The position numbers and the translations under genes are program-made. A DNA stretch of 62,287 nucleotides, the filler included. It is 7 parts of 7 records of this genome, joined end to end, with 100 filler letters (N's around TTAATTAATTAA, not from the genome) between each part and the next. Parts side by side here need not be neighbours in the genome. Positions count along the whole stretch, not along the records: positions 53,633 to 62,287 come from SRR31156797_44865; 6 more parts are not named here. One strand, written 5' to 3'. Under the pieces are notes generated by a model. The model saw only the letters and a program-made list of their open reading frames with translations. It ran no database searches and was not told the origin of the DNA. This document shows positions 58,587 through 62,287 of this stretch, one piece after another; positions within the stretch are counted from its first letter, which is position 1; the number at the start of each line of letters is the position of its first letter.

Positions 58587-59754
58587 AGACTCCCGCTCCG
58601 CCGCGGACAAAGGCCTTTTATCCAGCATCAGGATCTTCCGCCCCGATGCCTCGGGCCCCCTGATCCGCAGGCCCAACCGTTTCATCGTTCATGTGAAGCT
58701 GCCCGAAGGGGAGGTCAGGGCCCACTGCCCCAACCCGGGAAGGCTGATAGAGTTGATGAATCCCGGACGTGAAATGATCCTGGAGAAGAGCGGCGATCCC
58801 AGCCGCAAGACGGCCTGGACCCTGGCGGCCGCCGAGTACAACGGCAAGACGGTCCCCCTCTTTTCCGCAAAGGCCAATGCGGTCGCCGGCGAGCTGATCA
58901 TCCCCCGCCTCTTTCCCGACGCCCGGGATATCCGCGCCGAATACAGCCATGGCCGCTCCCGTTTCGACTGGCATTTCTTCTCGGGGAAGAAGGAAATCTT
59001 CCTGGAGGTCAAGGCCTGCACCCTGATAGAGGAGGGAACGGCCATGTTCCCCGACGCCCCCTCTCTGAGGGCCTCCCGCCATCTGGAGGAGCTGGCCGGG
59101 CTGGCGGAAGACAACGAGGATATCGAAGCCCATGCGCTGTTTGTAATCATGAATCCCGAAACGAAACGCTTTATCCCCAATATGCATACCGATCCCGACT
59201 TCGCCCTGACCATGGAGAGAGTGGCGGACAGGGTCCGTTTCCACGGAGTGAGCTGCAGCTGTACGGCGGAGGGAGAGCTGAGCCTGGCGAATACGGATAT
59301 ACCCGTGCTGGCCGGCCTGACAGAGGCCTCCCACAAGGACAGCGGCATCTATATGGTCCTGCTGAAGCTCGACGACTGTCGCCTGCCCGTGGGGGCCCTG
59401 GGAGAGATTGATTTCAGCGAAGGATGGTATATCTATACGGGATCGGCCATGAAGGGTCTGGCCGCGAGGGTCCGCCGCCACCTCTCCAAACGCAAGAGAA
59501 AGCACTGGCACATGGACTATCTGAGCTCCTCCGCGACCTTGATGAAGGGTTTTCCCATCTATACCACAGAGGACCTGGAGTGCAATCTGGCCGCCGATCT
59601 GAAGCCGATCGCCGACGACAGGATCAGGGGATTCGGATGTTCCGACTGCGACTGCGATTCACACCTTTTCTATTTCAAAGACGATCCGCTTCAGAACAGA
59701 GCCTTTCTGGACCTGCTCTTCCATTACCGGCACAGCCGGGTATTCAGGACTTGA
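58579..59754 (+). CDS. sfsA: SfsA nuclease fused to DUF123 GIY-YIG domain
   Basis: RRPNRF, HCPNPGRL, SRFD, LEVKAC, FPDAP; then GIY, YIYTGSA, HWHMDY, GFGCSDCDCDSHL. Confidence 0.88.
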   Translation: MSKDSRSAADKGLLSSIRIFRPDASGPLIRRPNRFIVHVKLPEGEVRAHCPNPGRLIELMNPGREMILEKSGDPSRKTAWTLAAAEYNGKTVPLFSAKANAVAGELIIPRLFPDARDIRAEYSHGRSRFDWHFFSGKKEIFLEVKACTLIEEGTAMFPDAPSLRASRHLEELAGLAEDNEDIEAHALFVIMNPETKRFIPNMHTDPDFALTMERVADRVRFHGVSCSCTAEGELSLANTDIPVLAGLTEASHKDSGIYMVLLKLDDCRLPVGALGEIDFSEGWYIYTGSAMKGLAARVRRHLSKRKRKHWHMDYLSSSATLMKGFPIYTTEDLECNLAADLKPIADDRIRGFGCSDCDCDSHLFYFKDDPLQNRAFLDLLFHYRHSRVFRT

Positions 59755-59939
59755 TATCTCGCTCCGGGAGGAGCCGGCCGCGGCTGGAAAGCCAAAGAGA
59801 TCGGTGCAATAGATGATGCTCGCGTTATCGGCGAATTCGATCGTCTGCCCAGGGATAGGATTCTCTACCTAAAACTCATGATGGCCCCTCCCGACAGATT
59901 CAACCTGGATTATCTTTAATCATGGCTGTAAAGCAATAG

Positions 59940-60323
59940 TCAGGATATGTTTTCCATCTCCTTCAGAATACTGTCTACCGATTTTTTCAGGTTCTTAAAA
60001 CCGGCTCTCCAGGTATAGAGGCAGTCTCTTCCTTTTTCGGTCAGAGAATAGACCTTCCTTGCGGGACCGCCGCCGCCCGCTTCCAGTGTCGACTCTATCA
60101 TCTGCTCCTGTTCGAGTTTTCTCAGATGCCTGTAGATGACACCAGCATCAGGCATCTCTTTAAAATAGTCCAATCCGGAGAGCTTCTCTATCAGCTGGTA
60201 TCCGTGAGCTGCTTCGCTTTTAAGCAGAAGCAGCAGACACGGGATTAAAAATCCTTTAATTTTTGGACCGTTATGTTGGCAATTACACGTTTCCGATTCG
60301 CAACCGTGGGAACTGGCGCACAT
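59940..60323 (-). CDS. PadR family regulator with Cys/His-rich N-terminus
   Basis: HGYQLI, IYRHLRKLE, GPARKVYSLT; RBS AGGAG before ATG 60323. Confidence 0.88.
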   Translation of the reverse strand: MCASSHGCESETCNCQHNGPKIKGFLIPCLLLLLKSEAAHGYQLIEKLSGLDYFKEMPDAGVIYRHLRKLEQEQMIESTLEAGGGGPARKVYSLTEKGRDCLYTWRAGFKNLKKSVDSILKEMENIS

Positions 60324-60339
60324 ATGAAACTCTCCTGAT

Positions 60340-61515
60340 TCAGGCTGCAGCCATCTCTCCCCTCCTCTGCGAAACAATTAATGTCGCGGTCAGGATTACA
60401 AAGAAAATGGCTCCTGTTAAGAATATGAATTTATAATCATATTGAATCAGAATGATTCCATAAAGTAAAGTTCCCACACCGCCTCCGATGCTCATATTAA
60501 AGGAAGCCATGGACATGACCGTACCCCTGTTTCGCTCATTCAAGCTTTGGGCTCTGGCCAATAACATCGGTTGAATCAGCATAAATGACAAGCCCAGTAA
60601 AAACAGGGATATCGAGATATATGCAATGGATGTAAAAAAGGCCAGAGAGAGTAATGAGAGCAATCCGGCCAGAGCCGCAGCCGGGACGTAAGCCGCGGCC
60701 AATCGGGCTTTCAGATTCGCTCCAATTCTGCCTCCCGTCAGAGATCCGAGCCCGTAGAGGCTGAGAACAAGCCCGGCCTGGAGAGGAGAGAACCCCGTAG
60801 AAACCCTGATGAATTTGCCTAGATATGTGAACACGCCCATGACGGATAAGCCGAGAAGACTCATGATCAATACCGTTTGGACCAGCTGTCTATTGGAGAG
60901 CACCCCCTTGTAGGCTGATTTTACGGTTATATCCCTCCTGGCATTATCCTTGTATGATATCAGGCTGATAATCAGTAAAGAGAGGATCAGTTCAAACCCT
61001 CCGTAGGCGAGATAAACCATTCTCCACGACGCAAAATTGGATATGGCGCCGCCGATAACGGGAGCCACAGCGCCTCCGAGAAACATCAGCGCCATGGTTT
61101 TGCCCAGCGAGGCCTGAAGCCTGTTCTTGTCATTTCCGGACAATTCACCGATCAAAGCCATGCTGACTGGCATGATAGCTGCAGCGAAGATTCCGTTAAA
61201 AGCCCTGAATATGCACAGAATCAGCAGGTTTGGCGCCAGTCCTCCCAAAGCGCTGAACAGCGTGGTTCCAAAGGCTCCGGCCGTGATTAATTTCATTTTG
61301 CCGAAGCGGTCTCCCAACGGGCCGAAGATTATGGTAAACAGGGCAAAGGGCAGCATATAGGAGACTGCTGTTAATCCCGCTGCCGATATGGATATGGAAA
61401 AATCGTCGGCAATATCAGGGAGCAGGGGAGAAGCTGCGAAACTGTCGCCCTGTATGAAAAAGAGCATAAAGCCCAGTAGCGGCACCAGTGTGTTCAGTAT
61501 TTTTTCGTTTTTCAT
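60340..61515 (-). CDS. MFS transporter (efflux type)
   Basis: GPLGDRFG motif A; about 12 TM; APVIGG. Confidence 0.9.
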   Translation of the reverse strand: MKNEKILNTLVPLLGFMLFFIQGDSFAASPLLPDIADDFSISISAAGLTAVSYMLPFALFTIIFGPLGDRFGKMKLITAGAFGTTLFSALGGLAPNLLILCIFRAFNGIFAAAIMPVSMALIGELSGNDKNRLQASLGKTMALMFLGGAVAPVIGGAISNFASWRMVYLAYGGFELILSLLIISLISYKDNARRDITVKSAYKGVLSNRQLVQTVLIMSLLGLSVMGVFTYLGKFIRVSTGFSPLQAGLVLSLYGLGSLTGGRIGANLKARLAAAYVPAAALAGLLSLLSLAFFTSIAYISISLFLLGLSFMLIQPMLLARAQSLNERNRGTVMSMASFNMSIGGGVGTLLYGIILIQYDYKFIFLTGAIFFVILTATLIVSQRRGEMAAA

Positions 61516-61559
61516 TTGTCCTTCCGAATGCCGGGCAGATTTTTCTGCCCGGCGGTTGC

Positions 61560-61772
61560 TTAACTAGAGAGCTCTTTGAGCTGCTCGTCCACTCCGGTCA
61601 GTTCCTTCTGAAGTTCATCCTTGTAGAGCTCCAGATGTTCTTTCATCTCTTCACTGCTAATAAACCTTCTATGGAAACCGTGACTACCTCCACTACACCG
61701 GCAATCCTTCCCGTGGTGGCGTTGATGACCTTGGCAGTTCTTCTCTGCGGTGACCTGGTGGCAGTTATACAT
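61560..61772 (-). CDS. small Cys/His-rich coiled-coil protein (DUF5320-like)
   Basis: RBS AGGAGG; RRFISSEE…LELYKDELQKEL..V.EQLKEL. Confidence 0.65.
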   Translation of the reverse strand: MYNCHQVTAEKNCQGHQRHHGKDCRCSGGSHGFHRRFISSEEMKEHLELYKDELQKELTGVDEQLKELSS

Positions 61773-61810
61773 ATGCACCTCCTGTACTAATAGTGATGAC
61801 GCGCCTGTAA

Positions 61811-61841
61811 TGACAATATGTCAGTAGTGATTATAAGTCAA
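61811..61841 (-). promoter_or_regulatory. sigma70 promoter TTGACT-N17-TATTGT overlapped by TGACA-N3-TGTCA palindrome (candidate PadR operator)
   Basis: Exact spacing; about 40 nt upstream of the small-protein start. Confidence 0.6.
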
Positions 61842-61959
61842 GCTTATTAAGATTTTTTATTCAAACTGACAGGGAGACTTGTCTTTTGATTTGAAATAAT
61901 AATTAGACAGACTGTCACTAATGGAATATCAAATTGTTAGTGTATACGTGTGTGTGCTT

Positions 61960-62236
61960 TTCCTCTTCGATTCCCGCTCCAATCTCTTCCGTCCCCGATT
62001 CGGGAACGAATACGGCGAGATTGATATCGGGATCCCTGCTGTTGAACTCGTCATAGCTCCTGTTCTCCTCGGTGGTCAGGTCCTGTACCTGTACGGTCAG
62101 AACCTGATCCACAGGCATATCAAAGACCGCCGCGGCTTGTTCGCTGAGTACGAGAAAGATCCCGGGACGAGGCGCACGCTTAACGATGGTGACCTCAACG
62201 GATTTATCGTATTGCGGATTGACGATACGGATTTTA
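61960..62236 (-). pseudogene. internal fragment of a spirochaete RlpA/SPOR-type protein gene
   Basis: SKIRIVNP…VEVTIV…PGIFLVLSEQAA…DPDIN; no credible start, and the C-terminus runs into AT-rich DNA. Confidence 0.4.
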
Positions 62237-62287
62237 GACCATTGCGAGGGAGAACCTCCCGTTCCCATCCCGAACACGGAAGTTAAG
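62237..62287 (+). rRNA. rrf: 5S rRNA-like sequence, 5' half (partial)
   Basis: GACCATTGCG…CCCGTTCCCATCCCGAACACGGAAGTTAAG is the conserved 5S loop C/helix III segment. Confidence 0.75.

Noticed and set aside
59780-59918. Open frame KAKEIGAIDDARV…FNLDYL* after sfsA
   Set aside because: No start or RBS and no recognisable family; at most a gene relic
61918-62277. 119-aa ORF as an intact gene
   Set aside because: Its N-terminus is antisense 5S rRNA-like sequence and its C-terminus runs into unrelated AT-rich DNA; only the middle looks coding
1-62287. CRISPR arrays, phage genes, intact integrases, selenoprotein or readthrough candidates
   Set aside because: No regularly spaced repeats, cas or phage motifs, and no in-frame TGA/TAG at conserved positions seen by eye

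Overview
This is not one continuous locus. Six identical 100-nt artificial linkers (N44-TTAATTAATTAA-N44) join seven unrelated contigs, apparently from an anoxic/marine-type metagenome; the taxonomic calls below come from gene content and base composition. (1) 1-9564, Desulfobacterota-like: CsoR repressor with operator, a DUF2162/ExbB-like/DUF2149/exported CobN module resembling Bacteroidetes hmuTUV-S, a PAS-LuxR regulator and a CobW-type GTPase. (2) 9665-15123, AT-rich, Fusobacteriota-like: TPR protein, DUF116, beta-barrel protein, partial glgB. (3) 15224-25770, Desulfobacterota-like: sigma54 two-component operon divergent from a PTER-like phosphotriesterase and a Dpp-type ABC importer with one degenerate ATPase. 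(4) 25871-32002, Campylobacterota-like: large hybrid kinase and REC-GGDEF protein. (5) 32103-42855, Bacteroidales-like: ECF/FecR/TonB receptor/FecR/DUF4382, galM, truncated GH127-like lipoprotein. (6) 42956-53532, alphaproteobacterial: IclR-regulated TRAP and amide-catabolism cluster ending at an IS3 remnant and a tRNA 3' end. (7) 53633-62287, spirochaete-like: HEAT, YD-repeat, PilZ, CPBP, Cys-less TlpA, SfsA-GIY-YIG fusion, a PadR/MFS cassette and a 5S rRNA-like fragment. Best leads: the CsoR-linked exported CobN module, the PTER plus degenerate-NBD ABC operon, and the IclR regulon with two near-identical operators. All family calls come from motif recognition, not database searches.
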